Part shown: positions 31,001 to 40,575 of the stretch, piece after piece | Layout: each line of letters begins with the position of its first letter | Position numbering within the stretch: position 1 is the stretch's first letter | Source: Dehalococcoidia bacterium | GTDB taxonomy: Bacteria > Chloroflexota > Dehalococcoidia > Bin125 | Assembly: GCA_963663235.2 (NCBI GenBank) | Contig: CAXXNO010000012.1 | Span: 256,001 to 320,000, forward strand | Direction of reading: 5' to 3' | Length of the DNA: 64,000 nucleotides | The notes under the pieces: generated by a model | Database searches by the model: none | Told to the model about the DNA's origin: nothing | What the model saw: only the letters and a program-made list of their open reading frames with translations | Made by a program: the position numbers and the translations under genes

Positions 31001-31544
31001 GGGCTTCGAGCTCTACACGCAGATGCTGGGTGAGGCCGTGGAACGCCTGCGGGCGGAAACGGAAGGCCGCCGGCCGGAACCGCCGCGCCGAGGGCCGGCC
31101 GTTGCGCTGGACCTGCCCATCGTGGCGCACATTCCGGAGAGCTACGTGGGCGACGCCAACCTGCGGCTCAGCATCTACCAGAATCTCGCCGACGTGGACA
31201 GGACGGAGACGGTCGACGAGATCGCGGCCGGGCTGCTAGACCGTTTTGGGCCGCCGCCGTCGCCTGCCCAAAACCTCCTGTCCGCCGTGCGCTTGCGCAC
31301 ACTCGCCGCCCGCATTGGAGCGGAGTCGTTGGCGCGAGAGGAGGGCGCCATCGTTTTGCGCCTGGCGGACGGAATGACCTTCGAAGGCCGCGCCCATCAA
31401 GCCGGCCTGCCGCCGAGCGTCCACGTGGGCCGCACCCTGGCCCGCTTCGACCTCGACGCCCTCGGCGACGGCTGGATGGAGAGCCTCGCGGACCTCCTCA
31501 CACAGCTCGGGGACACCTCCCCGGCCGGCGTTGCTGCCCGCTAG
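28023..31544 (+). CDS. mfd: Transcription-repair coupling factor
   Basis: RGGIIDLFP, GDYVVHIEHGIG, GDVGYGKTE, DEEQRFGV, QLRGRVGR, RDLEIRGAG. Confidence 0.98.
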   Translation: MTTSQATSGLLSGLLPEVDAAVRDALGSDARPPDPERPLTLGLPEGAKAPAIAALARIVAGPVLVVTARPNHALALLEDVRVWLPADDPRPVLPFPERESLPYERRAPDRDAVQARLRALASLAAGERPLIIADAQALSQRTRAIEQRRAGGGTALPPLRVGGRLALEPFLTALDAAGYRVQAVVDEPGTVARRGGIIDLFPVTDETPLRIELVGDEIESLRRFDPATQRSTAQVQAATLTTATEAQVDADAVTLAASLDVDRLHPEAAVTFGADLTQIERGALPGKLGFWTAFLTRGALWDHLPAGTLVVWDEGDKIRLLLDDLAEQAAAVRRDLETRSEIPPGLPLPQMSTDETIAGLDRRSRIDLRQFASEDLASEVRRLPFSAVESYGGRLRPLMDYLQEVQRGEERAVLVSLQAPRLASLFVEYGLTVRTEVPAATAPPADAVTLLHGAAPQGWRLRRPQGDVILLTDTEVFGFAKQRRAQPRAARKHTAFLDGLKSGDYVVHIEHGIGRYAGMTQEQIGDRTREYLQLTYADNDRLLVPTDQLHRLQRYVGPSDSPPALTRLGTQQWQRAKQRVRDSVRELAQDLLSLYAARQVLPGVAAPPDGPWQMELEAAFPYIETPDQVQAVGEVKADMELPRPMDRLVVGDVGYGKTEIAVRAAFKSALGGQQVAMLVPTTVLAQQHFDTFRARLAPFPVRIEMLSRFRSEAEQRRIVKDLAAGRVDIVIGTHRLLQQDVQFKSLGLVIIDEEQRFGVAHKERLKQMRREVDVLTLSATPIPRTLHMAVAGIRDMSTLETPPAARVPITTYVMDTEDQTTREAILHEVERGGQVYAVHNRVQSIEQVARRLRDLVPEARFLVGHGQMPEEKLAQVMADFTAGDADVLVCTTIIESGLDIPNVNTIIIFQAQRLGLAQLYQLRGRVGRGAVRAYAYLFYDRSLPLTETARKRLQTIFEATELGAGFQIALRDLEIRGAGSLLGAEQSGYIGAVGFELYTQMLGEAVERLRAETEGRRPEPPRRGPAVALDLPIVAHIPESYVGDANLRLSIYQNLADVDRTETVDEIAAGLLDRFGPPPSPAQNLLSAVRLRTLAARIGAESLAREEGAIVLRLADGMTFEGRAHQAGLPPSVHVGRTLARFDLDALGDGWMESLADLLTQLGDTSPAGVAAR

Positions 31545-31589
31545 ACTCCGGCGGCACGCGTTCCGGACCGTGCGGAAAAGAGACGCGCC

Positions 31590-31904
31590 ATGAACGATGA
31601 TCATGAACGACGGCCACACGGGGCGTCCGACCCCGCCGGCCCCGACGACTCGCGGCCCGGCGTACCGCCGAAAATCGCCGGCGAGACGGGACAGCAAGAG
31701 GACGCGGAGGTCGATCTCCCCCGCGAGCACGTCGAGGTGCCCACCGGCTCCTTCGGCCCGCAGATGATCGGGCACGAGCATCGCGTCCCGTCGACAGAGG
31801 CGGGCCGCCGGCGACTCAACCGGCTGCAACGCGAGTTCATGAAGCAGGGATGCCTGACAGCGCTTCTCTTCTCGGCGCCGTTGATCCTCCTGCGCCTCCG
31901 CTAG
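31590..31904 (+). CDS. Hypothetical protein with C-terminal hydrophobic segment
   Basis: ATG ORF filling the mfd-tRNA gap; ends KQGCLTALLFSAPLILL. Confidence 0.55.
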   Translation: MNDDHERRPHGASDPAGPDDSRPGVPPKIAGETGQQEDAEVDLPREHVEVPTGSFGPQMIGHEHRVPSTEAGRRRLNRLQREFMKQGCLTALLFSAPLILLRLR

Positions 31905-32005
31905 CCGGAGAATTGGGGCCCCGTCGGACCGGCAGGACGACGGCGGCCGCGGGCCGCGGCGGGGCCGAGCCATCCTGCTAGGATGAGGCCTGCTCGCCGA
32001 CAGGT

Positions 32006-32082
32006 CGGGGCGTGGCGCAGTCCGGTAGCGCACTTGACTGGGGGTCAAGAGGTCGCTGGTTCGAATCCAGTCGCCCCGACCA
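32006..32082 (+). tRNA. tRNA-Pro(GGG)
   Basis: Full cloverleaf: CGGGGCG/CGCCCCG acceptor, CTTGA-CTGGGGG-TCAAG anticodon arm, GGTTCGAATCC, encoded CCA. Confidence 0.97.
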
Positions 32083-32153
32083 GCATTTTCATCCTCGGAG
32101 GCACCGACGCAGGCCGGTTGTCGCCCCACCCAACGGGCACATCGGCCCGTTGC

Positions 32154-32190
32154 GCACGGCCGAGGCGATCGCAGCGTGAGGGCAAGGCCG
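32154..32190. repeat. Direct repeat copy 1 (partial, 37 bp)
   Basis: GCACGGCCGAGGCGATCGCAGCGTGAGGGCAAGGCCG; 35/37 identical to copy 2. Confidence 0.85.
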
Positions 32191-32259
32191 AGGGGTCGCA
32201 TAGCGCCGTCATGCCGGAAGCCGCCGTCACACGACTGCTCAGCACGGGTGGGCGATCAG

Positions 32260-32283
32260 GAAGAAGACCGGCGTGTTGTTCCC
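32260..32283. repeat. 24-nt exact duplicate of catalase coding sequence 33410-33433
   Basis: GAAGAAGACCGGCGTGTTGTTCCC at both places. Confidence 0.9.
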
Positions 32284-32287
32284 AGCG

Positions 32288-32318
32288 AAAACCCCGCGCC
32301 CTGATGGAGGCGCGGGGT
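32288..32318 (-). terminator. Rho-independent terminator of the catalase gene
   Basis: ACCCCGCGCC-loop-GGCGCGGGGT followed by a short T run on the minus strand. Confidence 0.7.
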
Positions 32319-32362
32319 CACGTGTGAGACGAGCTAACGAGTGAACGCTCGCCGGGCGGCTC

Positions 32363-33811
32363 TTAGCCGCGGACGGCCTGCTCAATCCGGTTGCCGATCT
32401 CCTTGTCGATGTTGCGCCAGTACTCGAAGGCTCGTTGAAGCACGGGCTCCGAGACGCCGTCGCTGAGGTGGCCGGCAACGTTCGACACGAGCCGGTCACG
32501 CTGGGCGTCGTCCATGACCTCGCGGACCAGGGTGCCTGGCTGGCCCCAGTCGTCGTCGTCGGATCGGAGGCTGTAGGCGGAGCGGACCATCTCGCCGTCA
32601 ACCTCCCAGGTGTTGTCTCGGCCGGCCAGTTCCGGGGAAGCGACCGGCCCGTCGTAGCTGTTCGGCGCGTACACGGGGTCCGAGACGGCCTGCACGCGCA
32701 TGACGCCGTCCTTCGAGTAACTGTGGACGGGCGACTTCGGAGCGTTCACCGGAATCTGCTTGTAGCTGACCCCAAGGCGCGCCCGATGCGCGTCGGCATA
32801 CGAGAAGCCGCGAGCCAGCAACATCTTGTCGGGTGAAAGCCCGGTGCCGGGCACCATGTTGTTTGGCTCGAACGCCGCCTGCTCCATCTCCGTGTGGTAG
32901 TCGGAGACGTTGCGGTCCAGCGTCAGGGTGCCCACGTCGATGAGTGGGTAGTCGCCGTGCGGCCAGGCCTTCGTGAGGTCGAACGGGTTGAAGCGGTAGG
33001 TCTTGGCGTCCTCGTACGGCATGATCTGCATCTTGAGGGTCCAGCTCGGGAAGTCGCCTCGCCCGATCGCCTCGTACAGATCCCGCTGGTGGTAGTCAGC
33101 ATCCTGGCCGGCGAGCCGATCCGCCTCCTCTTGGGTGAGGCACTCGATGCCCTGGTTGGTCTTGAAGTGGTACTTGACCCAGACCAGCTCTCCGAACGCG
33201 TTGGTCCAGGAGTAGGTGTGGCTGGAGTACCCGTTCATGTGCCGCCAATTGCGGGGAATGCCGCGGTCGCCCATCAACCAGGTGACCTGGTGAGCCGACT
33301 CCGGTGAAAGAGTCCAGAAGTCCCACTGCATGTCGTGATCGCGTAGGTTGTTCGCCACCCGACGCTTCTGGGACCGGATGAAGTGCTGGAATTTCATCGG
33401 GTCGCGCACGAAGAAGACCGGCGTGTTGTTCCCGACGATGTCGAGGTTCCCCTGGGTCGTGTAGAACTTCACGGCGAAGCCGCGCGGGTCGCGCCAGGTG
33501 TCGGGGGACCCCCGTTCGCCGGCGACGCTGGAGAATCGAATCACCACCTCCGTCTCGGTCCCTGGCTGGAACACGGCCGCGCGCGTGTACGCGCTCACGT
33601 CGTTGGTGACAACGAACTTGCCGAACGCGCCGCCGCCCTTCGCGTGGGGCTGACGCTCGGGGATGCGCTCCCGGTTGAAATTCGCCATCTGCTCGAGCAG
33701 ATAGTGGTCCTGGAGCAGGATCGGCCCGTCGGGTCCAACCGTGAGCGAGTGCTCGTCGCTGGAGACGGGGACTCCGCCGTCGGTGGTTGTGGGGTTGCGT
33801 TCTGGTGACAT
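32363..33811 (-). CDS. katA: Monofunctional small-subunit heme catalase
   Basis: [45 protein letters not shown]. Confidence 0.96.
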   Translation of the reverse strand: MSPERNPTTTDGGVPVSSDEHSLTVGPDGPILLQDHYLLEQMANFNRERIPERQPHAKGGGAFGKFVVTNDVSAYTRAAVFQPGTETEVVIRFSSVAGERGSPDTWRDPRGFAVKFYTTQGNLDIVGNNTPVFFVRDPMKFQHFIRSQKRRVANNLRDHDMQWDFWTLSPESAHQVTWLMGDRGIPRNWRHMNGYSSHTYSWTNAFGELVWVKYHFKTNQGIECLTQEEADRLAGQDADYHQRDLYEAIGRGDFPSWTLKMQIMPYEDAKTYRFNPFDLTKAWPHGDYPLIDVGTLTLDRNVSDYHTEMEQAAFEPNNMVPGTGLSPDKMLLARGFSYADAHRARLGVSYKQIPVNAPKSPVHSYSKDGVMRVQAVSDPVYAPNSYDGPVASPELAGRDNTWEVDGEMVRSAYSLRSDDDDWGQPGTLVREVMDDAQRDRLVSNVAGHLSDGVSEPVLQRAFEYWRNIDKEIGNRIEQAVRG

Positions 33812-33974
33812 TCGCCGAGCTCCTCTCGAGTAGGTCGTCGATAACGGCCGCCGCGCCTGGCGCGACACGCGTCACGTCGACGACCCGCGCCGACCAATAG
33901 TAGGGATAGCACGAACGATCGAACTACGAAAGGCTTCAGGCGAGAGTGTGGCGAGGTGGGCACCGGCCCGCCTA

Positions 33975-34193
33975 CTGGGGCAGGCACGAGCGGTCAGCGT
34001 CCCGCGCGCTCCCAGATCGCGAGCTGCTGCCGAAGCACCAGGTTCTCCAGGACCAGGTCCTGCCGTCGCCGTCCGAACAGCCGCAAAGCAACCTCGATGA
34101 GTCGCCAGTGGAGTCACATCTCCGTCCCTCCGCGGCGAGGTTCGGGCCGCACGCCCTCTCAAACAAGGACGGATGGGATTTTGAGACAGCACA
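33975..34193 (-). mobile_element. IS remnant: terminal repeat-like end plus disrupted N-terminus of an integrase-core (rve) transposase
   Basis: End TGTGCTGTCTCAAAATCCCATCC (34193-34171); SD then ATG-TGA-LHWRLIEVALRLFGRRRQDLVLENLVLRQQLAIWERAGR*. Confidence 0.65.
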
Positions 34194-34296
34194 GGCGCGA
34201 AGCCCGCCCGCCGATGCCCGACAGCGCGGCGAACGTCACTTTCGTGCACGGGCTCACGGGCGGGCAAATCACCCGCGTATCGGCCATCGCACGGTG

Positions 34297-34354
34297 GCAC
34301 GGCCCAGGCGACCGCAGCGTGAGGGCAAGGCCGCTCCGACCGGAGCTCAGGCCG
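34297..34354. repeat. Direct repeat copy 2 (58 bp), overlaps the methyltransferase stop codon
   Basis: 54/58 identical to 35958-36015. Confidence 0.9.
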
Positions 34355-35591
34355 GGCGGTTGAGGGCCAGCACGTTGAGGTCGTAGAGCGCGTCGTAGGC
34401 CCGTTTCCACGCATCTAAGATCTGGCGGGCGCCGGCCGTGGGAAAGGCGGCGTCCGCTTGATCGAGGCCCGCGCCCAGCGGGCTCCGCCCATCGAAGGCG
34501 TTGAGCATCGCCCGCGCCGGCTCGCTCACCTCTACAGTGGCGAGGCCGACGTCGGTGTAGACCTTGGCCTTGCCGCTCCGCTTGAGCCCCGCCTCGATCG
34601 AATGCTCCAGGTCGAAGAAGGTCCAGACGGGAATGGCGCGCTCGTCGTCCCAGGCCGGCGGCGCCGGCGGGGTGTAGTCGTCACAGCAGGCGAAGAAGGA
34701 GTGCTTGACCATGCGCCCGTCCAGCAGTTCCGCCGCGGCCTGACGCTCTCGCTCGTCCAGGTGACGCACGTCCAGATCGGGACGGTGGATGATCGGGTCG
34801 TAGGCCTTGATATTGTCGAAGCGGACCATCCCCAGCCCGCTGGCGTCGAGCCACTCGTACAGTTGCGGCACGGTATAGGCGCGGTCCTGTGCGTGCAGGA
34901 ACATGTCCACCAAGCCGGCGTCGCCGCCCTCGCGCTGCTCCCGCCGCCACAGAGCCGAGTCGAAGGCAGCCCAATGGCGCTCGTGGAGCTCTTCCAAGGT
35001 CCTCTTGACCGCCGTGAGGCGCCTGGTATCGCGCCAGTCGGGCGGCGCCAGCAGCCGGAACAGTTGCTGCATCTGGTAGACGGCGGTGCGGCCGTAGAGG
35101 GCATAGACCATCACGCCCATCCCGCCGTCGGGTGTGAGCACGCCACGCAGCGTCTCCAGCCCCGCCGCCGGCGACGCCAGATGGTGCAGCACGCCTGAAC
35201 AGACGATGTAGTCGAACGGCCCCAGGCCCATCCCGGGGATCTCTTCGATCGGCGCGTGGATGAGGTCCGCGTTGTCCAGGCCGCGGGCGGCCAGGCGCTG
35301 CCGCGTGATCTTGAGCGAGGCCTCCGAGACGTCGATCGCGGTGACGCGGGCAGGCGTCTTGCGCAACTGCTCGGCCATGTAGACGGTGGAGTCGCCGGTG
35401 CCGCAGCCGGCGTCCAGCACCCGGAAGTTCTCGTCGTACTGCCGCGCGCCAGACCAGAAGACGTGGTTGACGCGCGCCAGCGACCCAAGCGTCGTCGCCT
35501 GCAGTCGTTTGCGCTCGTCGCGCGGCCGTCGGGGCGGATACGGACGGTCTTCGTACTGCTTACGGACCGTCGGCAGCAGCTTCAGCTTCAC
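34347..35591 (-). CDS. Class I SAM-dependent methyltransferase
   Basis: QYEDRPYPP, VLDAGCGTG, FDYIVCSGVLHHL, MVYALYGR; GTG start inferred. Confidence 0.88.
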   Translation of the reverse strand: MKLKLLPTVRKQYEDRPYPPRRPRDERKRLQATTLGSLARVNHVFWSGARQYDENFRVLDAGCGTGDSTVYMAEQLRKTPARVTAIDVSEASLKITRQRLAARGLDNADLIHAPIEEIPGMGLGPFDYIVCSGVLHHLASPAAGLETLRGVLTPDGGMGVMVYALYGRTAVYQMQQLFRLLAPPDWRDTRRLTAVKRTLEELHERHWAAFDSALWRREQREGGDAGLVDMFLHAQDRAYTVPQLYEWLDASGLGMVRFDNIKAYDPIIHRPDLDVRHLDERERQAAAELLDGRMVKHSFFACCDDYTPPAPPAWDDERAIPVWTFFDLEHSIEAGLKRSGKAKVYTDVGLATVEVSEPARAMLNAFDGRSPLGAGLDQADAAFPTAGARQILDAWKRAYDALYDLNVLALNRPA

Positions 35592-35821
35592 CGCAAGCCC
35601 TCCAGCCGCCCGGCCGCCGCCCCACGGCACGCCGCGCGCGTCCAGGGAGAGCATAGCGAGCGGAGTCCCGGGGAGGCCAGGCGGGAACGCATCCCGGCAC
35701 GCTCGCCCATCCGACGACCACCCGAGTGGCTTCGCGTACGCCAGCCGCCAAGCCCGGCGGCAAATCGGCGGCAATTGCGCCAAGTATTCGCAATGACGGT
35801 GCGGGAATCCAGAGAAGAAGA

Positions 35822-35868
35822 TGGAGGCGACGACCGGATTCAAACCCGTGACGGGAGTTTTGCAACTC
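35822..35868 (-). pseudogene. Degenerate 3' half of tRNA-Cys(GCA)
   Basis: Minus strand GAGTTGCAAAACTCC...ACGGGTTTGAATCCGGT-CGTCGCC-TCCA; no matching 5' acceptor or D arm. Confidence 0.7.
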
Positions 35869-35957
35869 GAAGACGGTCCGGCGGAATCGCACTCACCGAT
35901 TCTCGGCGAGGGGCCCCAGACCACAACACGCCCACCCGCGAACCGCGACTGCCTCGC

Positions 35958-36015
35958 GCACGGCCGAGGCGACCGCAGCGTGGGAGCGAGGCCGCTCCGA
36001 CCGGAGCTCAGGCCG
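35958..36015. repeat. Direct repeat copy 3 (58 bp), overlaps the membrane-protein stop codon
   Basis: GCACGGCCGAGGCGACCGCAGCGTGGGAGCGAGGCCGCTCCGACCGGAGCTCAGGCCG. Confidence 0.9.
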
Positions 36016-36703
36016 CCGCAGGCTGCGACGGCTCGGAGCCGGTCCGGCGCCCTGCGCGCACAAGGAGCACGCCCGTCACCACAATGACCGCAAGCCCCGC
36101 GGGCCATGACGCGGCGCGGCTCCAGACAATGTAGGAATCCGGCGCCAGCCCTTGAAGGAGCAGGAAGACGCGCACGCCCCCCGTTGCCAGGATCTGCCCG
36201 GCCCAGAGGAGCGTGAGGAGATAGAACAAGCGGCACTGCAAGTCCACGCCGCCCACGAACCGCGGCGAGACCTCTCGGGCCACCAGGCCCAGGAGCGGTC
36301 GACGCAGGGCCAGGCTGCCAAGGATCACGCCGGCGGTGAGAAAGTCCCCGATCGGATCACGGAGCAAGAACGCTATGTCGCTGTTGAGTAGGATCCCGGC
36401 GACCGACGCACCCGTGGCGATGATCAGGCTCAGCAGCGCGATCCCGCCCATCACGCCGCGGCGCCGGTTGAGAGCGAAGACGACGATCAGCGCCAGGAAG
36501 GCGACGCCAATACCGATCTGTGTCCCGGCCGCATGCCGAACCACCACGTAGAGCACCACCGGCAGCAGATTCGCCACCGCGGCGAGGTTCACGTCGGGGA
36601 GCGCGCCGCCACGGCGCCGCGCCGCGATGCTTGGGAAGGGCAACCGGTGGCCCAGAACCGCGCGACTCTCTGAGTGGGAGCTAGCCAGCATCGTCGGTAC
36701 CAA
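36008..36703 (-). CDS. Membrane protein, DUF3159/IspA(YciB)-like; true start may be about 36592
   Basis: About 6 TM helices; LGSLALRRPL, LTLLW pattern. Confidence 0.6.
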   Translation of the reverse strand: MVPTMLASSHSESRAVLGHRLPFPSIAARRRGGALPDVNLAAVANLLPVVLYVVVRHAAGTQIGIGVAFLALIVVFALNRRRGVMGGIALLSLIIATGASVAGILLNSDIAFLLRDPIGDFLTAGVILGSLALRRPLLGLVAREVSPRFVGGVDLQCRLFYLLTLLWAGQILATGGVRVFLLLQGLAPDSYIVWSRAASWPAGLAVIVVTGVLLVRAGRRTGSEPSQPAAA

Positions 36704-37060
36704 CTCCGATTACGCGGCAGCGATTTCGCACTCGACGAAGATCCTGCCCTGCGCTGCCGTGACGGAGCCCATGCGGGCGCCCGCCACACGCCCATTGTTC
36801 GTCCGCTCACCCGTTGGCGTCGGACCGAAAGCCGCTCGCAAGTCAAGGCAGGCGCCCTAGGGCGGCCGCCTCGCTCGTGTGCGACTCTCACAACTAATTG
36901 ACGACCAAAAACGCGATTTCGTGACGAACCGGCGGTTCGTTCTGTAAACCTGGCGTACTTGGCGGGCGGCAACGGGGAACGCGGCCCGCGGCGTCTCCCA
37001 CCTGGGCGGAGCGTCGGCCTCCGCTCCCCAGACGCGGCTCGGAGCGGCGGACCGCGCCGA

Positions 37061-40000
37061 TCAGGCCGCGCGCGTCGACCGGCGAAGAGCCGCCTCGACG
37101 CGCCGAAACTCCTCCTCGGCTTCAGCAGCCTTCGCCCCGGCCTCCTCCATGGCGCCGGCCTCCCCCAGTTGCTGAAGCTCGTGCGCCAGCGTCGCCAGCC
37201 GCTCGGCGCCGAGGTTCGCGGCGCTCCCCTTGAGCGTGTGCGCGGCTCGACGAACGGTCGCCGCGTCGTCCGACATCACGCCCTCCCGGATCTCGGCGAG
37301 CAACTCGGGAGCGGAGGTGGAGAACATCTCGGCCAACTCCGCCAGAAGATCATCGCCCCCGTCCGGCTGGAGTCGGCGCAGGTTGGCCAGGGTGCGCGCA
37401 TTCACGGCGTCGGCCACGCCGTCAGGCCCAGGTTCGGGAGAGACGGGCGCGTCCTCTTCCCCGGGCGCAGCCGCCGACAAGAAGCCGTGCAGAATGCGGC
37501 GCAGTTCGGGCTCTTGGATCGGCTTGGCGATGTAGTCGTCCATGCCGGCAGCGAGGCAGCGATCTCGATCGCCGGCCATCGCATTCGCCGTCACCGCGAT
37601 GATCGGGACGGTGCGCGAGCGCCGGCGGATCTCGCGCGTCGCCTCGTACCCGTCCATCTCCGGCATCTGACAGTCCATCAGCACGAGGTCGTAGGGGGCG
37701 GCTTCCACCGCCTGCACCGCTTCCAGCCCGTTCGCCACCGCATCCACCCGGCACCCCATCCGCTCCAGGATTCGTTGTGCCACGCGCTGGTTCACCATGT
37801 TGTCCTCGGCCAGCAGGATGCGCGGAGGCTTTCCCCTGCTGAGCAACGGCGCGGTGCTCTCGGGGATGGGCGGCGATTGGGCGCCCCACCGCGATTGCGC
37901 TGCGGCCCGTGTCGCCTCTTGCCGCGCCTCCCCGCCGAGCAGCGCCGTCACCAGCGCATCCAGCAATCGGGACGGGCTCACCGGCTTGGTGAGATGCGCG
38001 CTGCAGCACGGACCGCTCTCTGCTGCGGTCTCCTCGTGGCCCGCCGCGCCGAGGACGATGACCGCCGGGGCGGCGTCGAGCAAGACCGTTCTGGTCCTCC
38101 CGGCCAGCGCGTGCCCGTCCGGGTCCGGAGGAACGTCGCCGGCGACAACGAGCGCGTAGGGGTCCCGCGCCTCAACGGCATCCCGCAGCGCCGCCAGCGC
38201 CTCGTCGCCGTCCGCCACGCCGCACGCGCGCATCCCCCAGTCGCGCAGTTGCTCTGCCAGCACGGCGCGGAGCGCCTCGCTCGTGTCGACGATGAGAGCA
38301 CGGGCGTCGGAGAGATCCAGCCCCGGTGGGGGCGTCAGCGCCTCGCCGTCCGCGACCGGGAAGGGCAGCGTGAACCAGAATCGGGAGCCCGCGCTCTCCT
38401 CGCTTTCGACGCCGATCTCCCCGCCCATGAGAGTCACGAGCTGCCGCGCGATCGCCAACCCGAGTCCCGTGCCGCCGTACCGGCGGGTCGTCGACGCGTC
38501 GCCCTGGGCGAACCGGACGAAGATTCGCGCCTGCTGGTCTGCCGGGATACCGATCCCCGTGTCGTGGACCGTAAAGCGAAGCGTAGGACCATCACCGCTC
38601 GGATCGATCGCTTCGGTGTTGAGAGTGACGTGGCCGTGCTTCGTGAACTTGATTGCGTTCCCCACCAGGTTGAACAGGATCTGCCGAACCCGGCTGGAAT
38701 CTCCGCGCACGCGGCGGGGCACACCGGGTCCGTAGCGCACCAACAGGTCCAACCCCTTTTCTTCGGCGCTGGGGGCCAGCAGTTGGACCACCGCGTCGAC
38801 TGCGGTGTGGACGTCGAATTCCTCGGACTCCAGCTCAAACTGGCCCGCGCTCATCTTGGAGAAGTCCAGGATGTCGTTGATGACGGTCAGCAGCGCCGCG
38901 CCGGAGGAGTGGATCGCTTCCGCTTGATCGCGCTGTTCCGTCGTGAGGTCGGAGTCCAGAAGAAGCCCCGTCATGCCGATCACGCCGTTCATCGGCGTGC
39001 GGATCTCGTGGGACATCGTCGCCAGAAACTCCGACTTGTAACGTGACGACTGCTGCGCCTCCACCAGCGCGGAGTCCAGGGCGCGGTTGGCCGTGGACAA
39101 CTCGGCCGTGCGCGCCGCCACCAGCGTCTCGATCCGCCGCGTCCGGCGCTCGCGGCCGAGCAGGTAGAGCACGATCAACCCCGTCAGCAGCAGCGCCCCC
39201 ACCAGCACCGCCCGTGACTGCCCGTGCGACCCGAATGTGAAGCCGGCGCCGGGGACGGCGACGATCTCCCATTCCCGCCCGCCGACCAACAGCGTGTCGC
39301 GAACCGCGAATGCACCGGTAGGATCGGGTCCGTCCAGTCCCGAGGCGGATTCGATTGCCCCGTTGAAGTCGGCGGCATGGACGTACAGATCTCGGCTGCC
39401 CGGAGAGGCGGTCAGATCCTGGACATCGAACTCAATCCCGCGCGGGTCGAACAGGTCCAACGCGCCGGCGAAGATGTCGGCCAGGTCGTACGTACCGGCC
39501 ACGAAGCCTCGTAAGGCGGCGCGGCGTTGCTCGACCGTCTCCACAGGGCCGCCGGATCGGTACAGCGGGACCATGACCGTGAAGGCGGCCACCGTGGGCG
39601 CACCGAAGATCGGCGGCACGCGGCCGCTGGCGACCTCGGTTCCGCCGTCACGGGCACGTTCCAGCAGCTCCTGCATCCCCGGTACCGCCGTCGCGTCCAA
39701 GCCCACAAACTGCCGGGCGTCTTCTAGCGGCTCGATGAAATGGATCGGGTAGGAATCGCTCTCCCCACCACCTCCAAGCCCGCCGAACGAAGGCAGCGCT
39801 TCAAAGAAATCGACGCCGAAGAAGCCCTCTGCGTCGCCTCGCCGCTCAAATTCGGCCCGCTCATCCGCGGTCACCCTGGGGATCCACGTGAGCGCTAGCA
39901 GGCTGGAGTGACGCGCCAAGAAGCGGCCGGCCATGGTGGCGAATTCATCCCGCTCGACCTTCTGGGACGCCTCATAGAGGCCGATCAGCGCATAGAGCAC

Positions 40001-40255
40001 TTCGATGTCGGCGTCAATCTCCCGCTCCACCGCGTTGATGCGGTTCTGCGCCGCGTGGAGGAAGTCGGCTTCGTCGGCCCGATCCTCCCCGCGCTCCACC
40101 AGCTGCCACAGCACGAGCGAGAGCACGACGCCCGCGAGCAGGGCGGCGAGCGGGATACGCAGCGGCGGCCGGCGCGACGCCACAGGCCGCGTGCCGGGTT
40201 CCTGCTCGGGAGGGGACGGTCCCGGCGCTCCGTCGTCCACGGCATCGCTGCTCAT
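37061..40255 (-). CDS. Hybrid sensor histidine kinase: CHASE-HisKA-HATPase-REC-REC-Hpt
   Basis: [57 protein letters not shown]; two TMs flank the CHASE region. Confidence 0.93.
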   Translation of the reverse strand: MSSDAVDDGAPGPSPPEQEPGTRPVASRRPPLRIPLAALLAGVVLSLVLWQLVERGEDRADEADFLHAAQNRINAVEREIDADIEVLYALIGLYEASQKVERDEFATMAGRFLARHSSLLALTWIPRVTADERAEFERRGDAEGFFGVDFFEALPSFGGLGGGGESDSYPIHFIEPLEDARQFVGLDATAVPGMQELLERARDGGTEVASGRVPPIFGAPTVAAFTVMVPLYRSGGPVETVEQRRAALRGFVAGTYDLADIFAGALDLFDPRGIEFDVQDLTASPGSRDLYVHAADFNGAIESASGLDGPDPTGAFAVRDTLLVGGREWEIVAVPGAGFTFGSHGQSRAVLVGALLLTGLIVLYLLGRERRTRRIETLVAARTAELSTANRALDSALVEAQQSSRYKSEFLATMSHEIRTPMNGVIGMTGLLLDSDLTTEQRDQAEAIHSSGAALLTVINDILDFSKMSAGQFELESEEFDVHTAVDAVVQLLAPSAEEKGLDLLVRYGPGVPRRVRGDSSRVRQILFNLVGNAIKFTKHGHVTLNTEAIDPSGDGPTLRFTVHDTGIGIPADQQARIFVRFAQGDASTTRRYGGTGLGLAIARQLVTLMGGEIGVESEESAGSRFWFTLPFPVADGEALTPPPGLDLSDARALIVDTSEALRAVLAEQLRDWGMRACGVADGDEALAALRDAVEARDPYALVVAGDVPPDPDGHALAGRTRTVLLDAAPAVIVLGAAGHEETAAESGPCCSAHLTKPVSPSRLLDALVTALLGGEARQEATRAAAQSRWGAQSPPIPESTAPLLSRGKPPRILLAEDNMVNQRVAQRILERMGCRVDAVANGLEAVQAVEAAPYDLVLMDCQMPEMDGYEATREIRRRSRTVPIIAVTANAMAGDRDRCLAAGMDDYIAKPIQEPELRRILHGFLSAAAPGEEDAPVSPEPGPDGVADAVNARTLANLRRLQPDGGDDLLAELAEMFSTSAPELLAEIREGVMSDDAATVRRAAHTLKGSAANLGAERLATLAHELQQLGEAGAMEEAGAKAAEAEEEFRRVEAALRRSTRAA

Positions 40256-40575
40256 GCTTCCATCTCCCCCGCCACGCCGCCTCACGCCCGACTGCGGGCG
40301 TTCCAGCCGCTCGCCGACGGCCCAGGCCCGACGGCCCCACGCTCTTCCATGACTCATTGATCGACTGCTTGCGCTCCGGTCCGCATCGGGGTTACCCGTA
40401 GGCGCCATCGGTCGGCGATCCCCGGGATCGCGGGCGGGCCACGGCCGAGCGCGGCCTCTACGGTGCCGTGTCTCCGCTTCCCGCGAACACCGCCGTCGCC
40501 CCGCTGCGAACGCGGCTATACTTGCCGCATTGCGGCACGCGCATCGCGGCCCTGAGGCGAGGAAGGTCTGACTCA

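Noticed and set aside
32260-33433. DGR template/variable repeat pair
   Set aside because: Only 24-32 nt, no adenine-specific pattern can be established, and no reverse transcriptase is present.
32154-36015. CRISPR array or classical integron
   Set aside because: Repeats are 1.6-2.1 kb apart, there is no cas or intI gene, and no attC core sites are present.
36710-36772. Short minus-strand ORF MGSVTAAQGRIFVECEIAAA resembling a tmRNA tag
   Set aside because: No tmRNA tRNA-like ends and no SD; likely chance.
37061-37068. Fourth copy of the 58-bp repeat at the histidine kinase stop (TCAGGCCG)
   Set aside because: Only 8 bp match, which is common in GC-rich gene ends.
36959-39046. Long antisense and alternate-frame ORFs (e.g. 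695 aa here, also 11920..13533, 48483..50018)
   Set aside because: Shadow ORFs expected in high-GC DNA opposite well-supported genes; Arg/Gly-rich with no motifs.
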